Shown piece after piece: positions 33,348 through 33,439 of a stretch of 33,439 bases of DNA; position 1 is the first letter of the stretch; each line of letters opens with the position of its first letter. The notes beneath the pieces were generated by a model that saw only the letters and a list, made by a program, of their open reading frames with translations, searched no databases and had not been told where the DNA came from. The stretch comes from Octopus bimaculoides. Lineage: Eukaryota. The stretch spans positions 54,099,723 through 54,133,161 of the forward strand of contig NC_068998.1 of the NCBI RefSeq assembly GCF_001194135.2. The letters are read 5' to 3'. The position numbers and the translations under genes were made by a program.

Positions 33348-33439
33348 CTGTGTGTTTGAGTCTCTTTTCTATATTGTTTCTGGTGAAGTTGCGAGTTGGA
33401 CGGGACTGCTCTTGTTTGTGCCTCCTGCCGTGATGTGGG

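Overview
AT-rich, microsatellite-dense eukaryotic genomic DNA with five N-gaps, each flanked by simple repeats or AT-rich sequence. The repeat landscape resembles octopus/coleoid cephalopod genomes (my recollection, not a database result). The window is almost entirely intronic/intergenic and layered with retroelements: four tRNA-derived SINE families (working labels A-D, mine), fragments of RTE, R4/Dong-like (restriction-like endonuclease) and probably Rex/L2-type LINEs, Penelope-like ends, a mariner deletion derivative and a DINE-1/Helentron-like element. No gene can be named; only a few short splice-defined exon candidates exist, all low confidence. The most interesting signal is a tRNA-headed SINE (family C, two copies) carrying a Penelope-type minimal type I hammerhead ribozyme in its 3' part, plus further hammerhead-like motifs in Penelope-like ends. 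Most ORFs in the supplied track are artefacts of gaps, microsatellites or antisense LINE sequence. Boundaries of degenerate repeats are approximate.
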